A DNA stretch of 64,000 nucleotides from Octopus sinensis. Taxonomy: Eukaryota. Shown one piece after another: positions 43,535 through 58,433 of this stretch. A model generated the notes under the pieces. It was not told where the DNA came from. It made no database searches and saw only the letters and a list, made by a program, of their open reading frames with translations. Within the stretch, counting starts at the first letter, position 1. Every line of letters begins with the position of its first letter. The translations under genes and the position numbers were made by a program. The DNA lies in contig NC_042997.1 of assembly GCF_006345805.1 (NCBI RefSeq), forward strand, positions 97,464,001-97,528,000, written 5' to 3'.

Positions 43535-46500
43535 CATATACACACACACACAACAGGCTTCTTTCAATTTCCATCTACAAAATCCACTCACAAGGCTTTG
43601 GTCAGCCCAAGGCTATAGTAGAAGACACAAGGTTCCACGCAGTGGGACTGAACCCAAAACCAAGCTGCTTACTGTATTCATGTTTTGAACTGCATAAGTA
43701 TATTGAAGTAGCCATGTATGAATGCACATCATAATCATTTAATGTTCACTTTTTTCATGCTAGAATGGGTCAGATGAAACTTGTTGAGGCAGATTTCCTA
43801 TAGCTGGATGCCCTTTCTGTCACTAACTCTGACTTCACAAGATTGTAAACAAAAGACTACTTGCATGATGGTGACATGCATTTGACAACTACCATGCCAA
43901 GTGAAGACAAAGAGACAATAACACACACACACATTCATAGTGACTAGGTGCATGGACAGGTGGTAGAATGTTGGGCTCACAATTGTGAAATCAGCTAGAT
44001 TCCTGGAATGGGCAGCAAACATTTCATTTCAGATTGCTCAGCAATCATTTCGACATCTGACATGTGACACACTTGTGCACCTGTACAGCCAACATTGATT
44101 TGATGGAGGGTGTGAGCTTATATGAACACATTTGATCATTGGTGTGGTTGTTATGCAAGAAATTACAGAACTCTCATCTGTTAATAAAAAAGTTCAATAT
44201 ATATCTATATATATATATCTATATATATATATATATATATATATATGTTCAGTTAGAGGGTAAAATAGCCCCATTAAAGGATAAAAATATATCTAATGAA
44301 TTACTGGTTCATTGCCTAGTATGTTTTTGTGAATAGTGATATTCATAAAAAAATAAGTATAAATCTTGGTTTATTCAAAATAAAATTCAGAAAATGGAGA
44401 TGTAGCATTAATACAATTCATCAACTGCAAAAATCCAACATACTCTCTTACAGTTCAGATTATATTAATGCTACATCTCCATTTCCTGAATTTTATTTTG
44501 TATATATATATATATACCATCATTTAACATCTATATTCCATGCTGGCATGGGTTGGATGGTTTGACAGGAACTGGCAAGCCAGAGGACTGCACTGAGCTC
44601 CACTGTCTGTTATGGTATGGTTATTTTTTTGACAGGTGAATGGCCTTCCTAATGCCAACAACACAAACATACAGGCATTTTTTCAGTTTCCATCGACCAA
44701 ATCCACTCACAAAACCTTGTTTGATCTAGCGCCATAGAAAACACTGGTGCAAGGTGCTGTGCAGTATGATAGAACCTAAGAAGAATGGGACAAAAAAAAA
44801 AAAAAAAAAAAGAAAAGAAAAAAAAACCATCACTAACAGCTGATTGAATTGGGGTTGTTTGGGGTCTATTGTCATCTGTATCTGAGTCCAAAGCATCATC
44901 AATCAAGTCGTCCACACTTGTGGTTCCCATAGATTCCATCTCATCACTATCGTAATCTTCATCCAAAGTGTCGTCAGTGCTGTCTATATTATCATGGGGC
45001 TGGTATTTGCGATTTTTGTTTTTTTCCAAATGCTGTTGGCGTTTGCCCAGTTCAATAATATTAGTGGAGCTTTCTGTTTGCAGAGAAAGCTTATATTGTT
45101 GACGCACAGATTCTGGCACGAAGGCACTGATGCTGACATCATCACTCTCATCATTGTCGGGATGGGACATGCTGTTGTGAGCAGCTGCAGCACGGCATAG
45201 GGCTTCGTTCTCTTCACTGCTGGAATAATAATCTTCCTCAAAATCTTGCTCCATGTATTGTAAGTCTCGATGAGACTCGAGGGTTCTTTCTGCATCAGTC
45301 TCATCACTGATATCATCAATGCTGGATTCTTGATAACTGTAAATAAAGAAAAATAATCAAATTAAATAATAATAATAATCCTTTCTACTAAAGGCACAAA
45401 GCCTGAAATTTGCGGGAAAGGGGACTAGTAGATTACATTGACCCTGAAATGATGAAAGGCAAAGTCGACCTCGGGGGGAATTTGAACTGAGAATGTAGCA
45501 AATAAGTGAAATACCTATTTCTTTACTACCCACAAGGGGCTAAACACAGAGAGGACAAACAAGGACAGACAAATGGATTAAGTTGATTGCATCGACCCCA
45601 GTGCGTAGCTGGTACTTATTTAATCGACCCTGAAAGGATGAAAGGCAAAGTCGACCTCGGCGGAATTTGAACTCAGAACATAACGACAGACGTAATACCG
45701 CTAAGCATTTCGCCCGGCGTGCTAACGTTTCTGCCAGCTCACCGCCTTTAGTGAAATACCACTAAGCATTTCATCTGGCATGCTAATGATTCTGCCAGCT
45801 CATCGCCTTCTAAAGTAATAAAAATAATAGTAATTCTACTATAGGCATAAGGCCTAATAATTTTTGTTTCAAATTTTGGTACAAGGTCAGCAATTTTAAG
45901 GGAAAGGAGTTAGTCTATTACATTAATCCCAGTGCTCAACTGGTACTCTGTCTCTCATCCTTTCAGTGGTTGATAAAATAAATTGACTATGGTAGGACTT
46001 GCATTCAGAACAAAGAGCTGGAAGAAATGTTGCAAAGCATTTTCCAAAATGCTAACAATTCTGCCAGATCATCACTTTAAGAACAATGATATCTGATTTA
46101 GGTACAAGGCCAACAATTTTGAGGGAGGGATGTTTTTTGATACCATCAGCCCCAGTACATGACTGGTACATTACTTTACTGACCCTGGAGGGATGTTTTG
46201 TGCATGTCACTGTGGTCCCACACTATCAAGTTTGATTTGATTACTTCACCACAAACCTTCATCGATTCGAAATGTCTTCTATGAGTATGGTTCAACAATA
46301 ATTCAGAACAGTCTTTCAACCAGAACTGTTAGCATACTGGACAAAATGCTTAGCGGCATTTTATCTATCTTTATGTTTTGTGTTCAAATTCCACCATGGT
46401 CAACTTTGTCTTTCATCCTTTCAGGAGCAATAAAATAAGTATCAATTGACCACTGGTATAGATTTAATCGACTTACCCATTCAACTAAAATTGCTGGCCA

Positions 46501-47504
46501 TGACAAAATTTGAAACCAATATTAAGGAAGTGCAAGATAAAAACAAACAAATTTGTAAAATAGAACACTTACTTTCCATATCCATAATAGTCATCTGAAC
46601 TTTCAAAGCTGTCCTCAAAATGAACTTGCTTAACTACACTCTTCAAAGGAGTATCCCCTGGATTTACTAGAGCAGACTTCTTTTCGGGGACTGCAGAATT
46701 CTGAGGGGCTGCAACCAGTTTGAATATACTATTGTTCTCCCCAGCAGAAGCAGTAATCGTGGAGCTAGTTGCAGAGGCTGTGGTTTTGCTTTGTCCTGGC
46801 AGTGGTGGTGGTGGTGGTGGTGGTATTCCACTTGTTGCTACCATCTGTCCAGTCTTGTTTTCATTAGGTACAGTTGCTAGAGGAAGAAAATAATACAAAT
46901 TGTAACATCAACAGGAGCTGATATTCCAAGGAACAGTAACACACTTCTTTTTTTAACCATATTACAATGAATGGTTTTGTTTTGTTTTTACAAATGAATC
47001 TAAAGGGATGGAACAGTGACTATGATCTTTGCAATTCCCCTAAAACTTGTAGATCTGAAGATGAGTAATCTGGGAAAGTAAAGACTGGTTTAAATGTGGT
47101 AACTGAATGGTGAGTTACAGTAAGGGGATTGAAAAGAAGACATAGCCAGTTGCATACCATCTGTATTGTGATGGTAAGCAGCTGGCTATCTCAAAAGCAA
47201 TAAACTGTAAAATTAACAGCTAGATAGATAATGTGTAGCCAAGAGATACATATATTTAAGGTCATTTCCAAAATTTCTATTGATAGCTATAATCCACATT
47301 CATTCCACCACTATTCCCAGTTTATAGAACAGGTATCAAAAACACGAAGTAAAATTCTTTAAAAGTAAGAATACTCACCAGAAGGTTCACCGATATCACT
47401 TTCTTGGTTAGATTTCTGCAACATAAAATTTAAAAAAAATTAAATTAACCCACATTTTATATATATATATATATCATCATCATCTGGAGAGCTGTATCAG
47501 GCTC

Positions 47505-47543
<39 letters not shown>

Positions 47544-49111
47544 TGGCTGAAACAGTTGATACCACTCACATGTTGTCTTCACACTCTGGCATTAATACAA
47601 TTTTATGCTAAGATACTTAATTACGGTTAAAGGTATGTATGGCAAGGAATTCATAGACAGTTGTTAAGAATGTGAAAAAATTAATCCTCACATCAAGATG
47701 TTGATATTATAAGTAACAGTAATATAATTTATGTAAAAAGATTTTCTTCGATGGAAGTAATTATTGAAGAAGCCTTAATGACTTTTTATTTTGAAAACGT
47801 AATATTAAATCAAAATATTTCGGTCCTCAAACAGATATTGACCTGAGTCAAAATTTCTGTAATATTTTGGTAACTTATTTGCTTTATCTGTCAAGTTACA
47901 GCAAAACCAGCTTAGCATTCAAAGTAGGGGCCCATCACGTTGCACTGTTTGAAGCTACCTTCCTGCCACTTCTCCCATCTCACACTAATACCAGTTCTCC
48001 TTTGAAACAAAAAAAACTCCTTCACTGAAGCTTCCACCTCCTCTTGATTGATGAAGTTTTGCGAGCACAGGAAGTGAACAAAGGACTCATACGAGTAATA
48101 ATCTGAGGGAAATATTTTTCTGCAATCCTAATGTGCATAAGCTGTGGTTAAGCAAGGGCCAGCTTCCAGAATCTGTTGCCAAATTGGGTGTTTCAATCAT
48201 AAGGCAATGCTCTGCATTTGTTGGAATTATGAGGGGATAATTCTCTACAAATTCACTCTGGATAGTCGAACCATTGATGCCAACCTATACTCAGAACAGC
48301 TGGAGTAGATGTAAGCCATTGTGTGGCAAAAATGCCCAACATTAGTCCAACACAAAACAAGCAAGACAATAAGACATCATACCATTTGAATTACCCAGAA
48401 TAAACTGAGAACTTGAGGGAATAAAACTGATGCCCCACCCAGCATATAGTCCAGACCTAGCTCCCTTGGATTATTACTTGATCCGATCTATGGCTCACTT
48501 CCTGCACTTGTGATGCTTCATCAACCAAGAGGAGGCGAAAGTTTCTGTGAAGGAGTTCTTCACCTTGAAGGACAGGAAATGGCAGAAAGGTGGCTTCAGA
48601 TAGTGCAGCACGATTGCCTCTACTTTGAACACTAGGCTGCTTTTGTTTGAACTTGATAAATAAAGCAAATAAGTAACCAAAATATTGCAAAACTTTTCAC
48701 TCAACACAACAGATTTACTAAATTTGTAAACCACTTGCATATATCTGTCATTTAGCATGTTTTGTCAGCTTTCAAAAGTAATGTGCAGAATACAGTACAA
48801 ACACAGCATTCTTTTGGAGTCAAATGAACATACTTAGACAGCAGAGAAAGAGAGAGAGGGAGAGAGAGAAAGAGAGAGTCATTAATTTGCTAAACTTATT
48901 TACCTTCTCCGAAGGTAACTTAATATAGCATTTTCAAAGCTTAGTTAGTAACTGTACTGACACAATGAAAAACCCCAGATAAGAAAAACAAAAGATGAAA
49001 TTATTCAACACAACAGAGTTGATAAAGGGAAAGCAAATTTTAATGGCAGAAGAATGCAAGTTAAAAAATAGAGGATAACATAGATGAATATAAATATAAA
49101 AGTACACATTC

Positions 49112-49154
<43 letters not shown>

Positions 49155-52100
49155 CCAATGGAGCCATGGTGCCAATTCTTTGCAGGGGAGGTACAAAATC
49201 ACTTAAATTGTAACTCTCAACAAGCCAAAGAGGAATCCTCTATGTTGTTGCTCAACTTACTAGAAGTAGCAGTCAAATCTCCCTCAAACTATACTTTATT
49301 GCCTTAAAAAAAAGTTTAAAAAAAACATTGCCAATGCAGTCCATTGCATAAAAGTAAATATATAAAAACATTCACAGCTGGAATGCTTTTGATGAAGGCA
49401 AACTTAGGATAAACATCAATTCTAATTATAATATACAATATTAATTGATGAAAAAGTAAGAAGACACTCACCACAGTGTTATCTTTTAAGATACCATTAT
49501 GCCATCGATTTTCAAGTACTTTCAGCTCAGCCATTCGTTCCTGTCGAATTTTTTCAGCCATTGAATGAGTGGTGGTACTCTGTTGAGTTTCAAACAAGCG
49601 CTGTTGAATAGCTTTCATGGCACAGCTGGCTTTTGAAGGGCTCAGAGGCTTAGATTTAGATTCAATAGAATTGGATCTGACAACAGGAGATTCGAATTTC
49701 CTTGACATTCCAGGAGATTTGGGAATATTTGCAGACACTGGTCTCGAAGGTGTTGTAGTAGGACAAGGTAATGTAGTACCTTTAGGCTTAATCATTTTGT
49801 TGGATTCAGTACTCCCACTGGCAGTCACCTGTTCCCATGCAGACATGCGAGCATTTACTGGATAAGCAGTTGGTTCTTTCTCAGTCACCGCTTCAAGAGT
49901 GTTGACTTTCTTTTGCCATTCAGCCATTCTTTTAGAAACCGACTGGCTTGTTGGTTCAAAACTCTCACGGCGCTTGTTACCCTCTTTATTTCTCATATTT
50001 ACAGGTTCAGCTGCAGGAGTATTATGTGTTGCTGATGATGGTACACTAGACGATACGCTGTTAATCTGCACTGAAGAAGAACCTGATGACTGGGAAGACT
50101 GTTGATTGCTAAATGCAGATCTGTTTTGTTTTGGTGTAGATGAAATCCCTAGGCTCTTCTCAAGTTGAGCAACTTTTGATGACAAGTTCTGGCTGCATCT
50201 ATTGCCCATAGGGGTAATGGTTTTAGAATTTGGCTGAGTATTTTCACTTTTAGAAGGACTTGCTGGACTTACACAGTTAGTTTCTGTTGCAGATACTTTC
50301 TTTGACCATTTGGCCAATCGCTCAGAGACTGGTTTGTTAGTTGGTTCATCATCTGTGGTTTCTCCTTGAGTAAAGGAATCATTAAGCCCCCGAGCATTAA
50401 CAGGTATTTCACTGGGAATATCCTGCAAATGGTCTTGACCACTACCTTTGGCAGTATAAGGGTTCTTTTTGTTGTTTCTTAATGGCTTCTGCTGCCTTGA
50501 CATTGTCTCAATAGCTGATTCTAAGTCATCACCTGGAATAAGACGTGGAGCAACAGGTGCTGGAGATCTTGGAGTATATGAAGGACCAGGAGACTTTGAA
50601 CGCACTGGCAGAGGTGTTGCAGGTGCAGATGCCATGGGTGCAGCAGATTTGGAGCGAGGAGACCTCATATGAGGGGCCACTGGAGCAGCAGTCCTTGACC
50701 GAGAATTTCTAGTTTCCAGTTGCCCCTCAGTAGTCATTGGTATGTCACGTTCCCTGTCAACTAAATGAACTGAGTTGGGTCGACTAAATAAGCAAAAAAA
50801 AGAAAAGAAAAAAAAAAGAAAAAAAAAAGAAAAGAATCATTATGTCTGACACTTAAGACTTATATTTTTTCAAATATTTTTAACATATGTTGTTTTGTAG
50901 CATTATTTTAATATTTTTAACATATGTAATTCTGTTTGCATGGTTTGAATATATCTGCAAATTCAGACACTTACATAAATTTTTAAAGAACTTTTCTGAA
51001 CAGAGATATACAGTAATACCCTTGTAGGAGCTAAACTACTCAGTTGTGAAATGAAGATGAAAACTTCAAGAGTCAATCATGAATCATGTCAATTTCTCAT
51101 TCAATCAAATACAGTTTTTGTCAAACAGCTATGTTCAATGAAGAGTTGAAGTTACAAAGCAGAGTGCATAAAGATTAATCTCTTCATCTATGTAATTACT
51201 TATTATCAGTGTTTGAACATGTTAAATGAATATATCTAGACAGTTTGGTTGGGATCCCATCTCACATAATTCTTACTAAGTTTAGCTGCCACTCTTTATC
51301 TAAGCCAAGGAAAGTCTTATCCTACTTCAGACTACTACTGCAGGTTCCCTTCCTCTTTCACTCTGCCTCAATACTATGAAATCTCTTAGCAGCAGCATGG
51401 GGAGATGTGGCTCTTCAGCCATAGTGAGTGACCTGCCTAGAAAGTAAGACACTGAACAAACTCAGCAGCATGTGAATTAAGAGTGGCTCATATTGCATGG
51501 AGAAGACATGGACTTTGCAAGCTGCAGTGGAACACCACATCTTGTACATTAATAACTTTCAATAATAATTGATACAATGTAGGAGAAATTAAGTGTTGCT
51601 GGACACCTTTCTGGTGCCAGTAGCATGATAAAATTCCGATTGTGGACACAATGACTTCTACTATGGTCTTGAGTTGAACAAGCCTAGTGCATGAAATTTG
51701 GTGGACAGAAACTAGCTTGTCATATTTGTATGTATGTGAACTTGTGTGCATAACCTCATCTTGATATGTGTAGATTAATTGCAATCAAAACTAACCTTCA
51801 TACAAAAGGTGTAATATGTTCACAATCTTCTGTGGAAGCACTCCCCAACACTTGTTCTTCATGTTTGCTCCTCATCTATTCCCCATTTTTAACTATCCTT
51901 CGCTCTGTTCACACACTTGTAACTTCTACCCACTCTCAGTCCCTGTTCTATGCCCACTCCTCTTCATCTTATATCTTTAGGGTCTACCCTGACACTAACA
52001 CTTTTATCTCTCTCTCTCTAGCTCCATTCTGGTTACTTCCACCCATTCTTCCATAATGTGAGATGCCATGTAGCTCCCAATTTCTCATCTCCTAACATGA

Positions 52101-55100
52101 AGTTGCCTTTCTTAATTGTAGCCTCACTCAGTCAAGAGATCTTAGTCTTGAGAGCGCCACAGCAAACTCACTAGTACCAATGTCACATAAAAAGAAATAT
52201 CTAGTATACTCTGTAAAGTGGTTAGCATTAAAAAGGGCATCAATCTGTAGAAACCATGTCAAAGCAGACACTGGAATATGACAGTCCTTGGACCTACTAC
52301 ATCCGCTCAAACTGTCCAATTCATGCCAATATAGAAGATAGACATTAAAAGACAATGATAGTGATGAGGCTAATGTACTGATTTCAAGATCAAACAATAC
52401 TTCAGGAATTGTCTTAGGTCTTAAAATTAATCGCATTATTCTGCTTTCCATAGTAATACTACTACTAGCTGGAAAATGCATATAATATTCATAATACAGT
52501 TGAACAGGTGTGGCTGTGTGATAAGAAGCTTGCTTCCCAACCACATGGTTCTGGGTTCAGTCCCACTGCATGGCACCTTGAGCAAGTGTCTTCTACTATA
52601 GCCTCAGGCTGATCAAAGTCTTGAGAGTGGATTTGGTAGACAGAACTGAAAGAAGCCCATCATATATATATATACATATATCTGTGTGTATCTGTCCCCA
52701 CCCACCATCACTTGACAACGGGTGTTGGTAGGCGTGTGTCTCCATAACTAAGCAGTTCAGCAAAAGAGACCAATAGAAGAATGTACCAGGCTTAAAAAAT
52801 AAGTATTGGGGTTGATCCATTCATGCGGTACCCCAGCATGGCTGCAGTCTAATGACTGAAACAAGTAGAAGTAACATCACCAAATTGCAGTCTTGCACAG
52901 ATCCAGGTTCCAAAGTCATTTAAAATGAATATTGAAAATATTGCTTTAAAAATTCATGCTAGCACGGAAAACCAATGTTAAATGATGATGATGATGATAT
53001 TTAAGCAGGAACTTTAATAAGTGAGAAGTTGAACTCACCCAACTGTTTCATGTTTTGAATAGTCATCATCCCAAGCATTAATACGCTGAGCTAGTTTAGC
53101 CAGACGAGAGCGACACTGTGGCTTGAATACTTCTTCATTTGGATCTCTATTTTCTTCTTGGCAAAGAGACTTTCGCGGTACTGGGACTGGTACATAATCA
53201 CCATCATCTAAAAGTAAAACAGAGATGAAGAGTTATAAAGAATCAACACTGCCGTCAACGTAATTCTTTCCTTCTCTGTACGTTGCCTTTTCCTGATAGG
53301 TCAAACAAATGGCAAGAATGCATAAGAGACAACTCTGCTTGATAAGGCAAACTTATTTGTCTGCAACACCAAAAATTTAATTGGGGAAAGTAATGGAAGA
53401 AAATTGGGAAGCATATTATCTAAATCCCATGCCAGCATAGAAAATGGATGATAATTACAAACACCAAATAAGTTTAAAAACTCACCAGAACTAAGACAAA
53501 GAGTAGTCAAGTCATTTCTCCGCGACTGTACACCACGTATAGCCGGGGTATCTGGTTTTATATTTTGTTCTGCTGATCGGAGACACTGACGTTTAGGAGA
53601 ATCTTTAATAAATATGAAGAAAAATTAGAAAAAGTGCATTCCTGCACACTTTATAATGAAGTGAAAATTAGATTAACCCTTTAGTGTTCAGATTACTCTG
53701 TTAAATGCAATATTTTTTTACTCAAATTGTTTTTAATTAATCCTGCATTATCTTATAGCTTTTGAGGTTTCAATGATGTGATTATTTATTTTTAGAATGT
53801 CAATGTAGGTTAGGTGTGAGAGGCCAGATATCGCCAGTTTGAATATAAAACATGTAGAATATTTGGGCCGGATATGGCCGGTTTAAAAAAAGAAAATAAT
53901 TATGATTATCAAATAGATTACCCCAACATACCCAGCTTAACTCTTAATACTAATCTGTCTCAGACTGCTCCTACTTAAGTGTTCATATTTGAAGAAAAAT
54001 ATTAAAATCTTATAACATAAAAGATATACGATTTCAGTTGCTAGCTGACTGCCTTATATCTTTTTACTTGTTTCAGTAATTTGAATGTGGCCATGCTGGA
54101 GCACCGCCTTTAGTCAAGCAAATTGACTGCAGGACTTTCTCTTTGTAAGCCTAGTACTTATTGCATCGGTCTCCTTTGCTGAATCGCTAAATTACAGGGA
54201 CGTAAACACACCAGCATCGGTTGTCAAGCAATGTTGTGGGTGACAAACACATACATATATATATATATATACAACCGGCTTCTTTTCAGTTTCTGCCTAC
54301 CAAATCCACTCACAAGGCTTTGGTCGGCCAGAGGCTATAGTAGAAGACACTTGCCAAAGGTGCCATGCAGTGGGACTGAACCCAAGACCATGTGGTTGGT
54401 AAGCAAGCTACTTACCACACAGCCACTCTTTATCTTTCACTTGTTTCAGTCACTGGACTACCACTCTAATTTGGAATCTGGGCATAAAACTTTAATCACT
54501 GTGAGAGAAGATACGGTTACTTATGCCAAATTTATTAATTCATATGATGCCATTTTGTGTTATACTTCTGGTAATTTCCATTAGTTTCTTTGCTCTGATG
54601 TCAAATATATTTTAAACCACAAACTACTACAGCTATATTTGTACATCATTTCAAAAATGATTGGCAAAAGGCTATAGTAAAACTCATCCAGCAGCTTCTC
54701 TTCGGTTCATCATGTCACTCCCACTCCCTTTTTAAAGTCTTAAATGGAGAGGAGGATCATTATGAAGTGATATACTCTAAATATGTTTTAGCAGCCAAAA
54801 TTGATATAAAAATCATTCCCAATAATATTGATTTTCTTTTTTTATCTTAGCTCAAAGCCCCAATTTTAAATTGAGGACAAAATGTTACTGAAAACAACTA
54901 AGTATGAGCCAGATACTTCATTTATTTTGTACACCCCACCCAGGAGATAAAAAAAAAACCCCAAACTTCATAGGATTTGAACTCAGTATTCTGAATGACA
55001 GATGTACTTATTGAAAGACAACTGCATTTCTTCCATCCCATTAATCATTTAACACTAAAATTATATATAACGTTCAGTGCGGGTGGCACGTAAAAAGCAC

Positions 55101-57968
55101 CCACTACACTCACGGAGTGGTTGGCGTTAGGAAGGGCATCCAGCCGTAGAAACACTGCCAGATTTGACTGGGCCTGATGAAGCCTTCTGGCTTCACAGAC
55201 CCCAGTAGAACCGTCCAACCCATGCTAGCATGGAAAACGGACGCTAAACGATGATGATGATGATGATGAAAGTAATGTAGGCGCGGGCATGGCTGTGTGG
55301 TTAGGGAGCTTGCTTCTTAACTACATGGTTTCGGGTTCAGTTCCACTGCGTGACACTTTGGGTAGGTGTCTTCCGCTATAGCCCTGAGCCAACCGGAGCT
55401 TTGTGATTGAATTCGGTAGGCGCGAGTTACTGCCGTGTGTGTATGTGTGCGTATAGCTGCTCAGTGCTTCTCCGAAAGAGAGAGAGGGGAATGCCAAGTA
55501 GAGTTCAATATAATAAAATCTCTTAAACCAATCTGAATGAAAATGTTTAACTGACATAATTACAATATTTGGTAAACCAAACGACAGTGATGGTAGTGGT
55601 AGTTGGGGCAGTTAGAAAACTTACTAAACTCTTAAAACAAAAGAAAAGATATTTCAAATCTTAAAGAGATTGGAATATTAAAACTTTCTTTTTTTTACAA
55701 TTGACCAAAGCAATTATTATAACTGCTTACCATCATCTTGAACTGTTTCTATATTAGCTGACATGTCTTCAGATAAAGGTCTCCGTCTACTGTATATTCC
55801 ATCTGTCTCACTCATCATTTTCAGCCTCTCTCTTCGTTCTTTAGTCCTCTCAATGATTTTCTGATATTTAAAAATGACAGAAAAAAAAAAGAAAAAAAAA
55901 CACTAAGTTATCAGACAATTAAAAGGCATGTAGTTAATTTATGTAAGATTACTTAATTTCATTCAAACCACAAACTCAATCTGACAACATTTCCAGTCCA
56001 CTTTCTTGGTTTGATAAAATGAATCCTCCTTAGGATAAACCTTACATGACCTTATCAAAACAATGTTCAAGGTTAGTAATAATAAAACTAAAAACAAAAA
56101 AGTTTTAAAAATTTCCATTCATAATGATGACAATAGGTTGGACATGGACAAAATCAAAATTATTGAAAACTTAATATAGATATTAATGAATATAAATATT
56201 AATGTTTTTGAATTTGATGTGATTATTTAACAGCTGTCTTAACCCTTTCAATACCAACCTGGCTGAAACCGCCTCTGGGTCTCTAATACAAATGTCTTGT
56301 TTCCATAAGTTTCGAATTAAAATCTTCCACCAAGCCTTAGTCACAATTTATGTTCCTAACACTAGCTGAATGATAACTAAGTTATTTTACTAAATTCTTT
56401 GTTATATTTAAAGTAATTGAAAGAAACACAGAGCATCTCAAAATAAATACAGTAACGAAAGGGTTAAATACTAGCATTTAGCAGCTATTTTATTGTTCAG
56501 CATATTTCCTTGTGAATCAATGAAACACATGTCTGTTTATAATCTTGTACTCTCATTTTTCCTCTAGTTTCTTAGTGACTTCATCTCTGACAAATGTCAA
56601 TTCACTTTCTCCAGCAGTAAAACATAAGGAAATCTATATGAGATTAGGTTTTCTTCCTTTTATCATTTTCCTATCACCCTACAGTTGGATGACATCACAA
56701 ATCACTTCAAGCAGCAAAAAGTTTTAAAATCTCTTTAGAGCTTACCCAATCTATAAGAGTTAGCATAGATTAGTTGTGGAGGCACATGGCCTAGTGGTTA
56801 GAGCAGTGGAATCGTGGTCGAGGGATCATGGGTTCGAATCTCAGACCAGACGATGTGTGTGTTTATGAGCGAAAACACCTAAGCTCCACGCGGTTCCGGC
56901 AGAAGGTAATGGCAAAACTTGTCACAACTTTCTCTCACTTTTTCCTCCTGCATCTTGCAGCTCACCTGCGATGGACCATCGTCCCGTCCAGGTGGGGAAG
57001 GTATATGCCAAGAAACCGGCCCTTATGAGCCAGGCATGGCTCGAGAAGGAACAAACAACAACAAAGATTAGTTGGTTAAATAGCAAACTATAAAGAGAAA
57101 GAAAAACTACTTCAGACTCCGTTTGAAATGAAGGTTTCTTCTTTTTATTTCATATCAATTTTTGGAATGACACCTGGTACCACAACAGTGTAGTTATCCA
57201 AAGTAAAATTTCTAGAAGTTATTGCTTTATATCATTTAACATCCACTCTTCCAAGCTAGTATAAGTCAGATGGAATTTGTTGAGGCAGATTTTCTACGAC
57301 CTGTTACCAACACTTAATGCTGCCCAAACAAAGTAAAATTTCCAGATGTTTTCCACAGAAGACTGGAAACAAACACTGCTTGTATGATGGTGGTGCTTGT
57401 CTACAACAGTCATATTATGTCAAGACAAGGGATTCACACAAACATATTGAATCTTCTTTCAGTTTCCATCAACAAAATCCAAATCCACTCAACAAGGCTT
57501 TGGTTGGTCCAGAGATATAGCAGAAGACACTTGCCAAAGGTGCAGAGCAGTAGGACTGAACCCAAGATAATATGGTTGCAAAGTAAGCTTCTTAACTACA
57601 CACCCATTAAAACTTGACAGCACTGGTTCTAGTTAATCTGTATTAATGGAAAGAATGAGAGTAAAGACAAAACTAGTTGAATTCAACTTTGATCACAATG
57701 AGATGCAGCTAAACACCTTGAAGCATTTGTCTGACAATCTGCTGATTGTGCCATGTCAGAATGGATAATGAATTTACATTTTAAGTTGAATATCAAGTCC
57801 AGCAAGCATCTTTCATATTAGCCAATGAGAAGTTCTACCAAGTTACTTAACCAATTCAATTCTTTAGCAAGATCAACAAAATTCTCATTTTCATGAGGTC
57901 TGTAGATTTAGCAGCCCTAAATTTTATGCCAATACACACACAATAAACGCAAATTAACAAACAATGTA

Positions 57969-58029
<61 letters not shown>

Positions 58030-58389
58030 CAGGAGGAGACCCCCTTCAGTCATGATGGACCATGGGGTTACACCTAGAAAGTTAACCTCTGAGGCACAAG
58101 TCTGGGCAAGGTTATCTGTAGAAGGCCAGCAGTCGCCCATACATACCAGCCTCCCCTCTCCACACTACTGATGTTAACCAAGGGAAAGGCAAAGGCCGAT
58201 ACAGCTTGGCACCAGTGATGCCCCAACTCATTTCTACAGCTGAATTAACTGGAGCAACATGAAATAAAAGTGTCTTGCTCAAGAATGCAACATGCAGCCC
58301 AGTCAAGGAATCGAACTCACAACCTCACGATCATAAGCTTGACACTAACCAATGAGCCATGCACCTTCATACAGACACACACACACACT

Positions 58390-58433
<44 letters not shown>

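Noticed and set aside
56779-56850. tRNA gene
   Set aside because: A and B boxes are present, but there is no proper acceptor stem and it runs into a SINE body; it is a SINE head.
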